The notes under the pieces are model-generated. The model was given only the letters and a program-made list of their open reading frames with translations, ran no database searches and was not told the DNA's origin. Positions 38,244-48,167 of a DNA stretch of 64,000 bases are shown here, one piece after another. A program made the position numbers and the translations under genes. The DNA lies in IMG/VR virus record IMGVR_UViG_3300022744_000020, positions 62,001 to 126,000 of that record, one strand, 5' to 3'. The stretch's first letter is position 1. Each line of letters opens with the position of its first letter.

Positions 38244-39341
38244 TCAGATACCACCCATTTCTTCAAGGGCATTGATATCGGTCAGGACCTCGCTCTGATA
38301 TGCGGGTCCGATGTTCTCTAAGATCATCGCTCTTGTTTCATAGAGCCTGAGGTTTCTCTCAAGGTCATTGAACAAATATTGGTTCTGAGACTTCGCGTCT
38401 TCACCAGCCATGTCCATTAACGTTCGCAGCACTCTTATCCGACTACTCAGAACCAACCAACTCACCTGTATATTGGTGGGGATCTTAGGAATCGTCAAAG
38501 CGTGATGCAGATTCTTGAGGCGCAAACCAGGCATTGCTGAAAGAAGATATGAGAATCGACCAGGAGTCTTTCTCAAGTTTTCTACGACTCTCTCAATTCC
38601 TTCCTTGTGGACTCGGTCGTGATTGGCCAGAGCGATCGGATGTCGAAAAGAACTGAGTTTGTCTACCTCAAGACCTCGACCATAGAAGCAGTTGCTGATC
38701 TGATTGAACAGGCTGATTTCTGCTTGACGTGGGAGCATGTTGGGAAGAACGTACCCACCCACAAACCTCGTCACGTCCTGAGTGCCGTCTTTGGTAATGC
38801 CTTCTTCTCTCAGCCAGGCACGGTACTGAACCGCCAGTTTGGGTACGTTGATCTTAATGACCGTGAGCCCATACTCGTTCGATTGTTTGTCACCCACTGG
38901 GATAGTGAGTTTGAAATCAGACCGAGGGTGAATGAGCGGTTCCACGCAAATGGCCTGTCTCCAATACCTATCAACCAGCACGGGATCAAACCACTCGTTA
39001 GTGGCCAGATAGAACTCGGGCATATTCTTCGAGTAAAACTTCCCAGGGTGTGGTTGCCCCTTAGAATACATCGAAGTCATCTTCATGAGGCTTGCTACTT
39101 CTAAGCTGATCTCCCGGATCTTGGAGGTGAAACCCTCCAGCGATTGGTTAGGACTAACATAGAGGTTCAGCAGCAACGCAACAATTGGGTGATCGGAGCG
39201 GCACGGTAGTCGAAGCTGTCTATAGTACCGAACGATCGCTTCGATGTTGGCACCAACGGACATTTGCACCGTTGGCCAGATCGGTGGAGTTAGCGACGCT
39301 ATCGAGACGTTCTCGATTTGTCGAAAAAATCTCATGGACAT
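38244..39341 (-). CDS. conserved protein divergent from chimallin (phiKZ gp52-like)
   Basis: AGGA RBS before ATG 39341; position between the polymerase and chimallin. Confidence 0.65.
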   Translation of the reverse strand: MSMRFFRQIENVSIASLTPPIWPTVQMSVGANIEAIVRYYRQLRLPCRSDHPIVALLLNLYVSPNQSLEGFTSKIREISLEVASLMKMTSMYSKGQPHPGKFYSKNMPEFYLATNEWFDPVLVDRYWRQAICVEPLIHPRSDFKLTIPVGDKQSNEYGLTVIKINVPKLAVQYRAWLREEGITKDGTQDVTRFVGGYVLPNMLPRQAEISLFNQISNCFYGRGLEVDKLSSFRHPIALANHDRVHKEGIERVVENLRKTPGRFSYLLSAMPGLRLKNLHHALTIPKIPTNIQVSWLVLSSRIRVLRTLMDMAGEDAKSQNQYLFNDLERNLRLYETRAMILENIGPAYQSEVLTDINALEEMGGI

Positions 39342-39367
39342 GTCAAAGGGTCCTATTGGGGGGAGTT

Positions 39368-39489
39368 GGCTGGCTGAAAGGCTAACCACGGTAGCAAAGA
39401 AAGTCTGGAGTCAGACAATAAAAAATTATGACTTTATTACCTATAGTCTGGTAGAAATCGAAAGGTTTTTACAGGCTGGCTGAAAGGCT
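39368..39489. repeat. 16-bp exact direct repeat GGCTGGCTGAAAGGCT
   Basis: Copies at 39368-39383 and 39474-39489. Confidence 0.9.
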
Positions 39490-39545
39490 GGTCACAACAG
39501 GAGCAGGTATTTTCACAAACGCAAGAATGTAGAAAAATACGGGCA

Positions 39546-39560
39546 CACATTATTCTCTTG
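39546..39560 (+). promoter_or_regulatory. early promoter motif of chimallin
   Basis: CACATTAT-tctct-TG. Confidence 0.7.
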
Positions 39561-39632
39561 AGTAAAGCCGCCTAATTCCAGCCGGTGTTCTGCTCTTGGT
39601 TCTTCCCAACGCGACAAGAAAGGTCGTTCTCA

Positions 39633-41576
39633 ATGGCTATCAATTCCCCTTCGTTCGCCGGAATCCCTGGTGTCACCGATACCGCGATCGACATGTCGGC
39701 CCCGACCCAAACGGGTGCGGCAAATCCCTTCCCGTCCAGCACGAGCGCTGGCGGCTTTCGAGCCCGCGGCGGCCTGTCCAGCCTGGCTTCGATGGGTCCC
39801 TCGATCTTCCGCAACAGCGGCGACGACGTCACCAATGCGTTCGTCACGCACATGCGTGAAGCGGTCAAGACCACCGACCGTGCTGGTTGGCAGACCCGCG
39901 TGATCCCGATCACGCGTGCTGATCAACCCGACATCGCCTGGAGCGGCATCGCCATCGCAGTGCGCGCCGGCGAACAACCGGACGTGGCCGTGTTCGTGCT
40001 GATCATCGGTGGCAGCGAAGCCGGCCCGGCACCGCGGAGCATTCCGTTCCAAGGTCAGACCTGGCAGATCAAGTACACGCCGGGAGACGCCTGGGATGCG
40101 TCGTACGTCCAAGCCGTCAGCCAACACCTGCAGCGCACGCTGAGTGCAGCCTTCGGCGGCGTGCCGCTGAACGATCCGATCCTGGTCGGCGCGATGGCGG
40201 TTCCGCAGGAAGTTTCGACGGCGGACGTGGACCGGATCAACCAGATCTTGAGCAGCGCGCAGTACGCGGCCGCCCACGCACTGGTCCCGACCGAGCTGGA
40301 AATCGAACCCGGCGATCGCCTGACGTTCGCTCCGCGGTACCGTTGCCCCGAGCTGACCAACGTGGTTGGCATGCCTGTGCTGGCTCCGATCTGTGTGGAC
40401 ACGTCCACCGGCAGCGGTCGTCAGTCCCAGGACCAGACGACGATCAACCGTCAGACGGGCAACCGTCGTCTGGGTGGTGCGGGCGCCTACCTGCAAGCCA
40501 CCTACGTCGGTCGCATCCAGCAGCCGGGCAACTACGGCTTCGCTCCCCAGGTCAACAACCGCGTGTTCGCACCGGAGTTCGTGATCACTGCGGTGGAAAG
40601 CATGGGCGCGGCAACGATGCCGCTGCTGCTGCTGAATGCCTGTGGTTTCCTGAGCGTGTCGTCGAACCTGGCGTGGATGGAAGGCTTCCGACCGGATCCG
40701 AACATCCCTCCGGGCAACGTCGACCATCGTGACGTGGGCATCCTGGGACGAGTGGCCGGCTACGAAGCCGCCAGCAATGGTGGTCGTGGTCAGCGCGCGC
40801 AACTCAAGGGCGCAGGCGTGCAAGATCAGCACATCGGCGAGTTCCTGGAACGCATCTTCCACGACCGTCCGATGATCTCGGTTCGCGTCGAAGAAGCTGG
40901 CCCGATGACCTGGGCACTGGCTCCACTGGTGGAAATCGCATGTGGTGGCCCGGCTGCGGCTGAAGCCAACTCCATGCTGATCCAGCAACTGAACCAGTTC
41001 TGCCGCGGCAAGCTGATGGCTCGTCTGGCCAACGCTGGCGACCAGAACATGCCGATCATGATCGAGAACTGCCCGCGCGTTCACCTGGGGTACTACGTGT
41101 CCTCGGACGGCGTGCGTCACGATCTGGCCAACATCGGTCTGATCGCACTGGCCAACGCCAGTGGCTCCGATGGCTCGCCGACGCTGGTCGAAGCTGACTG
41201 GGTGCGCACGTTCGATCCGCAGTCCGCTCCGGAAGAAGTGCGTCTGCAACAGCGCCTGTCGCTGATCGAGCTGGCCACCCACGGCGTCCAAGTCACGGGC
41301 TACGCACGGGTGCCGACGTTCAACGGTGCGTTCCTCAAGTGCTTCACTGAAGCACTGGTCGACGCCGGCCTGTCGATGCAAGTCGCGGGCAACCAGTCGC
41401 GCATGCGTGCCCAGGAAATGTACGCTCCGGGCTTCTACGCAGCCGCAGCCGTCGGTTCGGTGAACTTCTACACCGCAGCCGATGCCAATGGCCAACACTC
41501 GGGCGCCGGCCGTGCGTTCTTCAACACGGGCTTCAACACCGGGATCGGCCAAGGTCACCCGACCGGCTTCCACTGA
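39633..41576 (+). CDS. chmA: chimallin, phage nucleus shell protein (phiKZ gp54-like)
   Basis: 647 aa, strong codon bias, low-complexity termini, PEFVIT, RVHLGYY and VTGYAR blocks; lies between the gp52-like gene and nvRNAP beta'. Confidence 0.85.
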   Translation: MAINSPSFAGIPGVTDTAIDMSAPTQTGAANPFPSSTSAGGFRARGGLSSLASMGPSIFRNSGDDVTNAFVTHMREAVKTTDRAGWQTRVIPITRADQPDIAWSGIAIAVRAGEQPDVAVFVLIIGGSEAGPAPRSIPFQGQTWQIKYTPGDAWDASYVQAVSQHLQRTLSAAFGGVPLNDPILVGAMAVPQEVSTADVDRINQILSSAQYAAAHALVPTELEIEPGDRLTFAPRYRCPELTNVVGMPVLAPICVDTSTGSGRQSQDQTTINRQTGNRRLGGAGAYLQATYVGRIQQPGNYGFAPQVNNRVFAPEFVITAVESMGAATMPLLLLNACGFLSVSSNLAWMEGFRPDPNIPPGNVDHRDVGILGRVAGYEAASNGGRGQRAQLKGAGVQDQHIGEFLERIFHDRPMISVRVEEAGPMTWALAPLVEIACGGPAAAEANSMLIQQLNQFCRGKLMARLANAGDQNMPIMIENCPRVHLGYYVSSDGVRHDLANIGLIALANASGSDGSPTLVEADWVRTFDPQSAPEEVRLQQRLSLIELATHGVQVTGYARVPTFNGAFLKCFTEALVDAGLSMQVAGNQSRMRAQEMYAPGFYAAAAVGSVNFYTAADANGQHSGAGRAFFNTGFNTGIGQGHPTGFH

Positions 41577-41617
41577 TTGACAACCGCCGGGCTTGCTCGG
41601 CGTAGTCAATGAAAACA

Positions 41618-41664
41618 TTTAAGGCGGCTGGGGAAACCCGGCTGCCTTAAATTTATTTTCTTTT
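41618..41664 (+). terminator. terminator after chimallin
   Basis: tttaaggcggctggg-gaaa-cccggctgccttaaa followed by a T-rich run. Confidence 0.75.
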
Positions 41665-41735
41665 ACTATAATTCTACAAGTGAGGGACATTGACTGTAAT
41701 CGCTTCGCTTTTCCCCGTGTAGCTGGAGACCTTTA

Positions 41736-43244
41736 ATGGGAAGTTTCTTAAGACTGATAGACAATGCAGACGCCTTTGCGGAGGTTCCTAATCCGATCTT
41801 CGTCAACGACGTGGGGCGAGCAAGTCGTGAAAAGAGAGCTCAGCTTGAAAAAGCCCTGACGACTGAAGTGACCGGGGTCTTCACGGAGATGCCGCCGTCT
41901 TGCGATTGCGAGCAGACAACGGACTACTCCAATCTGGGACTGATCTGTACCAACTGCAACACCCCGGTTATTCGCAGCGCAGATCGAGACCTGAGGTCAA
42001 TGGTGTGGATCCGTCGTCCTGGAGGCGTCTCCAAGCTGATGAACCCGATGTTCTTGAACATGCTCCTCAAGCTGTTCAAGAAGAAGAACTTCAACTACAT
42101 CTACTACTTGCTGGACTCATCGTACCGTCCAAACTGCAAGACTCCCAACGATGTGGATGAGTTGGCCGCCAAAGGAATCAAAAGAGGATACAACTACTTC
42201 GTCGACAATCTGGAGTTCGTGATCACTGCCTTGTTTGACATGAAGACCTTCCGGCAAAAAGGAAGGGATCGAAAGTCACTCATGCGACTGATCAAGATCA
42301 AGAGGGACAAGATCCTTCTTGAGCAGCTACCGCTGATCAACAAATCACTGTCTGTCGTTGAGAAAACAGAAAGCGACTCCTATGTGGATCCGACGGTCAT
42401 CATGATGATCGACGCGATTCGCACGATACAGGGGATCGACACGACGGAGAGAGTGCTCGGTAACCATGCCAAGCAGCAAAGAACAGCCAAGACGCTGATC
42501 ATGCTGACCGAAGCGTACGACGAAATGCGCTACGGCATCATCTTGACGAAGAAGGGGATTGTTCGCAAGAACCTCTGCGGTACAAGAACGGCTTTCTCCA
42601 TGCGGTTTGTGATCTCATCCATCACTTGGCCGCATGACTACGAGGGAATTGAAATCCCTTGGGCTGGTGCGCTGATGATGTTCTTCCTTCACTTGGTGTC
42701 GAAATTGGCCAAGAGGGGACTGTCAAACAACGAGTGCATCCGACGCATCGAGCTCGCTCGGTACAAATTTGACCAGGAACTCTATGATCTGCTGATTGAA
42801 ATCTGCGGTGAGTTTCCGGTGATTTGGGATGAAGACGACGACGAAGAAACCAAAGCCAAAATCGGCGGCCGTCCCTGGACAACGATCGGGCGCTTCCCGA
42901 CACTCAAGCGTGGCTCGATCCAAGCCATGCCGATCCTGAAGATCAAGAAGGACCCGTACGACCAAACCATCGGGATCTCACCCCTCTGCATCAAGGAGCC
43001 GAATGCCGACTTCGACGGCGACCAAGAAGTCGTGGTGCTTCAGCTTGATGAAGTGTCTATGCGCGCTATCCGTCCAATGCGTGCACACCTCACGCTTCCG
43101 AGCACCAATGGCCATCGACAACTGGGTCAGGCCATGTCTTTCACCAAGCCCGTCGTGGTGACGGTGAACAACTGGATCGAATGGGAAGATCTTGATGAAC
43201 CTCTCACCCAACAGCAGATCCATTACCTGGAAGGATTGAGTTGA
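41736..43244 (+). CDS. non-virion RNAP beta' N-terminal/catalytic subunit (phiKZ gp55-56.1-like)
   Basis: Zinc-binding CDC...CTNC, RFPTL and catalytic NADFDGD. Confidence 0.92.
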   Translation: MGSFLRLIDNADAFAEVPNPIFVNDVGRASREKRAQLEKALTTEVTGVFTEMPPSCDCEQTTDYSNLGLICTNCNTPVIRSADRDLRSMVWIRRPGGVSKLMNPMFLNMLLKLFKKKNFNYIYYLLDSSYRPNCKTPNDVDELAAKGIKRGYNYFVDNLEFVITALFDMKTFRQKGRDRKSLMRLIKIKRDKILLEQLPLINKSLSVVEKTESDSYVDPTVIMMIDAIRTIQGIDTTERVLGNHAKQQRTAKTLIMLTEAYDEMRYGIILTKKGIVRKNLCGTRTAFSMRFVISSITWPHDYEGIEIPWAGALMMFFLHLVSKLAKRGLSNNECIRRIELARYKFDQELYDLLIEICGEFPVIWDEDDDEETKAKIGGRPWTTIGRFPTLKRGSIQAMPILKIKKDPYDQTIGISPLCIKEPNADFDGDQEVVVLQLDEVSMRAIRPMRAHLTLPSTNGHRQLGQAMSFTKPVVVTVNNWIEWEDLDEPLTQQQIHYLEGLS

Positions 43245-43870
43245 TGTTTTACTCGCACAATCAAATTGGCTCGGCCAAAATGATGGTGGATGCTTTACTG
43301 TACCCACAGCGACCGCCGGAGTTGGATCAGTATCTGGCTGATCAGTTTCGCCACGTGGATCAGTACGTGACGCCGGCCTCTCAAGCGTTCTTTCAACAAG
43401 CACAGCAACTTTACGCCGAAGCCAATCGTCCTGAGGTCGAGCAGTTCATGCATGAAATGCGCATGGACCATTTCGGCGTGCAGTCCATTCAATACATCGT
43501 GGTGTTGGATACGGCTGATGACTTCCAGCAGGCTGGACCTACTCAGCAACGCTGGCTGATGGCTTGCCCTGAGTTGCGCGTCATGGCGGAAGGAAATCGG
43601 ATCAACGCCTGGGCGGATACCTATTCTGATGTGAGTTTCTCTGTCCGGGGAAGGCTTCATGAGGAATGGCGAATGCTCAATGACGGAGTTGTGGAGTTTC
43701 CGGAGAAGGGGCCGGAAACGTGGGAGAATTATCCGGATGAGTTGGCTCCTTCGGATCGCCCGCTCACGCTGATGGAGAAGGTCACGACCTTCAACAACTG
43801 GGCGCGGCTGCAAAGTCTGATCCAGCTCGGCAAGGATGACCCAACCGATCCTTGCTCTGGGTCGCTGTAA
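43241..43870 (+). CDS. conserved protein (phiKZ gp59/Imp3-like by position)
   Basis: Overlaps the beta' stop; QRWLMACP and DPTD blocks; identity rests on gene order. Confidence 0.5.
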   Translation: MMFYSHNQIGSAKMMVDALLYPQRPPELDQYLADQFRHVDQYVTPASQAFFQQAQQLYAEANRPEVEQFMHEMRMDHFGVQSIQYIVVLDTADDFQQAGPTQQRWLMACPELRVMAEGNRINAWADTYSDVSFSVRGRLHEEWRMLNDGVVEFPEKGPETWENYPDELAPSDRPLTLMEKVTTFNNWARLQSLIQLGKDDPTDPCSGSL

Positions 43871-43889
43871 TGATCACCAACTGGTGAGG

Positions 43890-43928
43890 TAAGCACACGC
43901 AGTGGGGAGACCCACTGCGTGTGCTTTA
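43890..43928 (+). terminator. long hairpin
   Basis: aagcacacgcagtggg-gaga-cccactgcgtgtgctt. Confidence 0.7.
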
Positions 43929-43975
43929 GCCTTATCTTTATTCTTTGATTTTAGAACCCTTGCATAGGAACTCAG

Positions 43976-44377
43976 ATGAAAAACGCTATTCCAACCCTCT
44001 CTACACAAGGTTGGGTGGATGATCTACCGACCATGGTAGATCGTCAATTGGCCTACTACTACGTCTCGGATTACAACCAAACCTTTTTCTTTCCAGGTCA
44101 GGTTTACTCCTTAGGTCGAGACCTGCAGATCTCTGGCGGTAAAGTCGAAATCCTGATGGATCTAATCAAAACCAACATAACTGCACTTCTGAAAGAAATC
44201 AGCGGTAATGTTCGCGTGGAGGCTTCTTGTCCAGACTTTGACGATGAAACCTCTGGTAGAAAAGCAATCAACGTTCGAATGGCGATTGAATACAACGGTC
44301 AAGAACTCTTGGTGGGGCGAGTTCTTGAAATCAAAAATGGGAAACTCACCAACGTTCTTCGCATGAACAATGGGTAA
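43976..44377 (+). CDS. conserved small protein (phiKZ gp62-like; possibly T4 gp25-like baseplate fold)
   Basis: AGGA RBS; IPTLSTQGWV...SDYNQT block. Confidence 0.55.
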   Translation: MKNAIPTLSTQGWVDDLPTMVDRQLAYYYVSDYNQTFFFPGQVYSLGRDLQISGGKVEILMDLIKTNITALLKEISGNVRVEASCPDFDDETSGRKAINVRMAIEYNGQELLVGRVLEIKNGKLTNVLRMNNG

Positions 44378-44426
44378 TTTATCTTGTTGGTCAATTTTAT
44401 GTTGACCACCCAAACGGAGTTTCTCC

Positions 44427-44672
44427 ATGATCAATCTTGATGAAATCAAGCCTCCTCGCCTGTTCACGCCACAGGAATTGCATGAGTTGGCAGATAAGTT
44501 GAAAAAACTCTGCGAGAGCCACGCCAGACATTGGGAAGACCTGACGAATTTCGAACCGGTACTGGTCAATTCATTTCCGGAGAACTTCGGACCAGTCAAA
44601 TTCGTTCGTCCATCTGAAATAGCGCCGGTCAAAATCAAGCAGCCGGTGAAGATCTATAACAGTTTTTGCTAA
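44427..44672 (+). CDS. hypothetical protein
   Basis: GGAG RBS; 81 aa. Confidence 0.6.
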   Translation: MINLDEIKPPRLFTPQELHELADKLKKLCESHARHWEDLTNFEPVLVNSFPENFGPVKFVRPSEIAPVKIKQPVKIYNSFC

Positions 44673-44684
44673 CAAGAAAAGACC

Positions 44685-45281
44685 ATGAGCACTATTGACG
44701 ATCCCATCATTGCGGAAAACAGAAGACAGTTCATCGAGAGGCAAAAAACCTACATGCAGGCGTGGCAAAAAGCCATCGATGGTGGAACCACACATTTTCC
44801 GGAAGCGATTTTTAAGGAAGAATTTTTGCCGTTATTTTGCGGAGAAGATCACGTTGGTGTTTTAGAGAAGCTCGAACTCTGGAAAACAATCGCTCAAGGC
44901 TGGAGTCGTGGGGTCTGGCTGATTGACGGTCATAAGCGCCCGGTTCTTTTTGTCCCCCCGCTGGTTGCTTTCCAGATTCTGGAACCCATCAGCGAACGCA
45001 ATGCAGTCCCGATGGCTTTCCATGTTCAAATGGCTGGAACGCTGTCTGAGCGCGGCATAGGCGCCGGGGACGCCTACATGCGACAAAACATGCTTGATCA
45101 AATCAAGCACATGGCAAGAAACATCAAATCCAAGAGACCTCTGATCGAACAACAGTGGCGAAAAGTTTTTGAATTTTACGGAAAGTCCCCATCATTGGAC
45201 AGGCCGGAAGCCACCCAAGCGCCGGCAATTGAAAACCAGACCGCCCCCAACCCTGAACCGGATGATGAGTACGACTATTAA
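44685..45281 (+). CDS. conserved hypothetical protein (phiKZ gp64-like)
   Basis: FPEAIF..FLPLF and VLFVPPL blocks; acidic tail; precedes SbcD. Confidence 0.6.
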   Translation: MSTIDDPIIAENRRQFIERQKTYMQAWQKAIDGGTTHFPEAIFKEEFLPLFCGEDHVGVLEKLELWKTIAQGWSRGVWLIDGHKRPVLFVPPLVAFQILEPISERNAVPMAFHVQMAGTLSERGIGAGDAYMRQNMLDQIKHMARNIKSKRPLIEQQWRKVFEFYGKSPSLDRPEATQAPAIENQTAPNPEPDDEYDY

Positions 45282-46392
45282 CGGGTTGGTCATCGGGGAT
45301 GTTCATCTGAATCATCCCCGCACCTCCACGCTGCACATAGTCACTCGACTGAATGTCGAAGTGACTTGCGACCGAGTGTTTTCGCAGATTAATTTTTTGG
45401 TGATCAATGGAGATTTGTTAGATCGAGTCATTCTGAGATCTCGAAAAGAATCGGATCTGATTGATGGCTGGTATTCTCGTCTTCTTTTTCTGGCCAAGAA
45501 ACACAATGTTTGCGTGAGAGTAGTGCGTGGAACTCCTGGTCACGATTGCGATCAAAGTAAAGCCATTGCAATCATGGCTGAAGAGCATTATGGCTCTGAG
45601 ATTGATGTGGCTTACGTGGAAACTCTCAGCATAGAACACATCCCTCGATTTTCTGTGGATGTACTTTATGTTCCAGATGAGTGGCGGACCACGACCGAGC
45701 AAACTCAGAAGGAAATTCAGGAGCTTTTGGAAGCGCGCGGTATCGACAAGGTAGACTATTGCTTTGTTCACGGGGCTTTTCACTATCAGCTTCCAAAAGT
45801 CAGCAACCCCAACATCAAGTTTGACGAGCGATTCTTTCTTGATCGTTGTAGGAAGTACATTTTCGTCAATCACATTCACAAACCTTCCAGTTTTGAGCGA
45901 ATTTACGCTCCTGGAAGTTTTGATCGGCTGGCTCAGGGAGAAACCGAAGCCAAAGGCTTCATCCGATGGACTGCTGGGGATGTTGACCTAGTTCAGTTTG
46001 TGGAGAATAAGGGCGCTAAGATCTATCAGCGAGTCTATTGCTTGTTTGACGAGCTGGACGAAACGATTAAGCACCTCAAAACCCAAATCAAAAATACTCC
46101 GGATGACTCCTATGTTGAGGTTGTTCTCAAACAGTCTAGCCGATATCGATCGGCTCTGGATAAAGAACTTAAAGGCTGGTATCGACTAATCTTCAACATC
46201 GTTGAAGAAGACAATAAAGACAAGAAAGAATCCGGGAAGTCTAAAACAGAAAGAAAGTACGTCCCCATCGTCATTACGCCGTCTACCGTTGAGGATTTGA
46301 TGTTCAACGCGTTGGATTCCAAGGTGGATGACCCGGCGATTAAACTTCTTTCTCTCAAACTCTTGAAAGAAATGGTTCAGCATGTCAAGTAG
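45262..46392 (+). CDS. sbcD: SbcD/Mre11-like metallophosphoesterase nuclease
   Basis: GDVH, NGDLLD, GTPGHD, VHG, NHIH and PGSFDR motifs. Confidence 0.85.
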   Translation: MMSTTINGLVIGDVHLNHPRTSTLHIVTRLNVEVTCDRVFSQINFLVINGDLLDRVILRSRKESDLIDGWYSRLLFLAKKHNVCVRVVRGTPGHDCDQSKAIAIMAEEHYGSEIDVAYVETLSIEHIPRFSVDVLYVPDEWRTTTEQTQKEIQELLEARGIDKVDYCFVHGAFHYQLPKVSNPNIKFDERFFLDRCRKYIFVNHIHKPSSFERIYAPGSFDRLAQGETEAKGFIRWTAGDVDLVQFVENKGAKIYQRVYCLFDELDETIKHLKTQIKNTPDDSYVEVVLKQSSRYRSALDKELKGWYRLIFNIVEEDNKDKKESGKSKTERKYVPIVITPSTVEDLMFNALDSKVDDPAIKLLSLKLLKEMVQHVK

Positions 46393-47257
46393 CTTAGCGG
46401 ATCGGGTAAAAAGCACATGGCCTGTCTCTATTGGCACCAGCCTGGCCATCGAGTCGATTGCGGTTGGACCGAACAAGAGTTATGACAACGCCCGAGTACC
46501 ACCACAGCAAATAGACCTGCGCAAATACGAACAGGTCTGGGTGAGTCTATATACCTTGTATAGAAATATCGTGTCCAGCTCACCCGAAAGGGGAGCTGAG
46601 AACCACACGCCAATGGAAGTTGCTGATGTCCTATCGGCTGAGATCAGCATCATCGACCAGATTTTCTCGGATCTCTCGAAGAAAAGAGTCAAGTGCGTTT
46701 TCTATCTTTGCAACTACGATGGTTTGAAGAAGCGATTTCCTCATGCCAAAATGCGTGAAGAGAATAGCGCAAAACAAAAGAGTTCGGCGGAACACTTTGC
46801 TCGGACCATGGAGTTGTTGATTCGTGGTGCTGAAAATCTGGATCAGGAAATCCGGATATTTGAAGGAGAGCTCTTCTCAGAAAAGAAGAGGACCATCATT
46901 TTGACAAGCGTGTGCTACGATTTGTTGAGTGAACCTAACTTCGGATCAGGGAATCTTCATCTTCTAGAGACCTACACAGGTAAGCTGAAAACGAAACCAA
47001 CGTGGTACACGAAGTTCTCTTCGAGCCAGGCGACAGCGCAGATTCCTTTCAACACGCTGTTTCTTCAGGTCTTCGGAGATTCGATGCTTTTCCAGCCGGC
47101 CCCCATCTCGGTCAGATTGACATGCGTTAATTTAGCGGCTCAGCATAATTGGTCCTACCTCACCACGATGGATCGGGTGAGGCTTTGCATCGGTTTGCTG
47201 CGATCTCAGGATCAAAAAGCCAAAGACTTTTTAGAGTTATTGCTTGGTAAGCTCTAA
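46382..47257 (+). CDS. conserved protein (phiKZ gp66-like)
   Basis: PVSIGTSLAIE and LLETYTGKLK..WYTK blocks; gene order. Confidence 0.6.
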   Translation: MSSSLADRVKSTWPVSIGTSLAIESIAVGPNKSYDNARVPPQQIDLRKYEQVWVSLYTLYRNIVSSSPERGAENHTPMEVADVLSAEISIIDQIFSDLSKKRVKCVFYLCNYDGLKKRFPHAKMREENSAKQKSSAEHFARTMELLIRGAENLDQEIRIFEGELFSEKKRTIILTSVCYDLLSEPNFGSGNLHLLETYTGKLKTKPTWYTKFSSSQATAQIPFNTLFLQVFGDSMLFQPAPISVRLTCVNLAAQHNWSYLTTMDRVRLCIGLLRSQDQKAKDFLELLLGKL

Positions 47258-47311
47258 AAATAAACCACCACCAGCAATCCTGTGTCACACAACCCTGGAG
47301 AAATTCCAATC

Positions 47312-48046
47312 ATGGCGAATCCACCCAAAGCACTGACGCTGCTCAGCCAGCGCGAACTTTCCCAATCGGCAGCAAATCCCACGGTCAAAGGGAAGTTCGC
47401 CACGCTGCGCTGGAAGATCGAGCGAAACAATCCGGTACTGGAAGTGGCCACCAACGATCCGGCAAAGATGAACAAGGAAGGCAACTTTGGCAAGATCAAA
47501 GTCTCGCTGAATCTGTTCACGGCTGCGCTGATCTGCGAAACCCTGATCGTCGCGGCAAATGCGAAAGAGCCGTTCCGTCGGATCATTCAGTGCTTCAATC
47601 ACGAATGGATCAACAACCAACGCAACCAAGATCGCACGCACCTGCACGACATCATCATCAACCGAGACGATGGCGGCGTGGTGACGATGGCGGTCATCGC
47701 GAAGACCGGAAACTGGCCGACGATCAAATTCCCGATCGTTCTCCCCGACATGCGGTACCAGAAGTTCTGCAAGGCTGACGGCACTGCGGTGGACATCTCT
47801 GAGCTGACGCAGTCGTGCGCTCGAATCTACGGCAAGGTCATGCTGCCGGTGATCCAGCAACTGATGGTTCGTGACTATGAACCGCCGGCTCCTCCGGCAA
47901 ATCGCGGCGGTGGCGGAGGCTATGGCCAGCGACAGTCCTATGGGCAACGCGACCAAGGTGGTGGCGGATATGGTGGCGGTGGTGGACGAAGCCAAACAGC
48001 AATCTCCAGTGATGATGGAGATGGGGATGACGACATTCCGTACTGA
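47312..48046 (+). CDS. chmC: ChmC-like nucleus-associated nucleic-acid-binding protein (phiKZ gp67-like)
   Basis: Directly upstream of the gp68-like gene; globular domain, Gly/Tyr/Gln low-complexity tail and acidic tip DDDIPY. Confidence 0.65.
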   Translation: MANPPKALTLLSQRELSQSAANPTVKGKFATLRWKIERNNPVLEVATNDPAKMNKEGNFGKIKVSLNLFTAALICETLIVAANAKEPFRRIIQCFNHEWINNQRNQDRTHLHDIIINRDDGGVVTMAVIAKTGNWPTIKFPIVLPDMRYQKFCKADGTAVDISELTQSCARIYGKVMLPVIQQLMVRDYEPPAPPANRGGGGGYGQRQSYGQRDQGGGGYGGGGGRSQTAISSDDGDGDDDIPY

Positions 48047-48132
48047 GACTACAAAGCTCTGAAGTAATGCATCCGACCAGTGGGGCAATAGCCCCCTGGT
48101 CAGGAGGCTTTATGATGAAAAAATTACAGCGA

Positions 48133-48147
48133 TACATTATTGATTAG
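48133..48147 (+). promoter_or_regulatory. promoter motif
   Basis: TACATTAT-tgatt-AG, preceded by AAAAATTAC. Confidence 0.6.
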
Positions 48148-48167
48148 GTACAATCAGGAGATTCCGC

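Noticed and set aside
39630-41618. 662-aa ORF antisense to chimallin
   Set aside because: Same codon-bias shadow; it mirrors the sense gene boundaries
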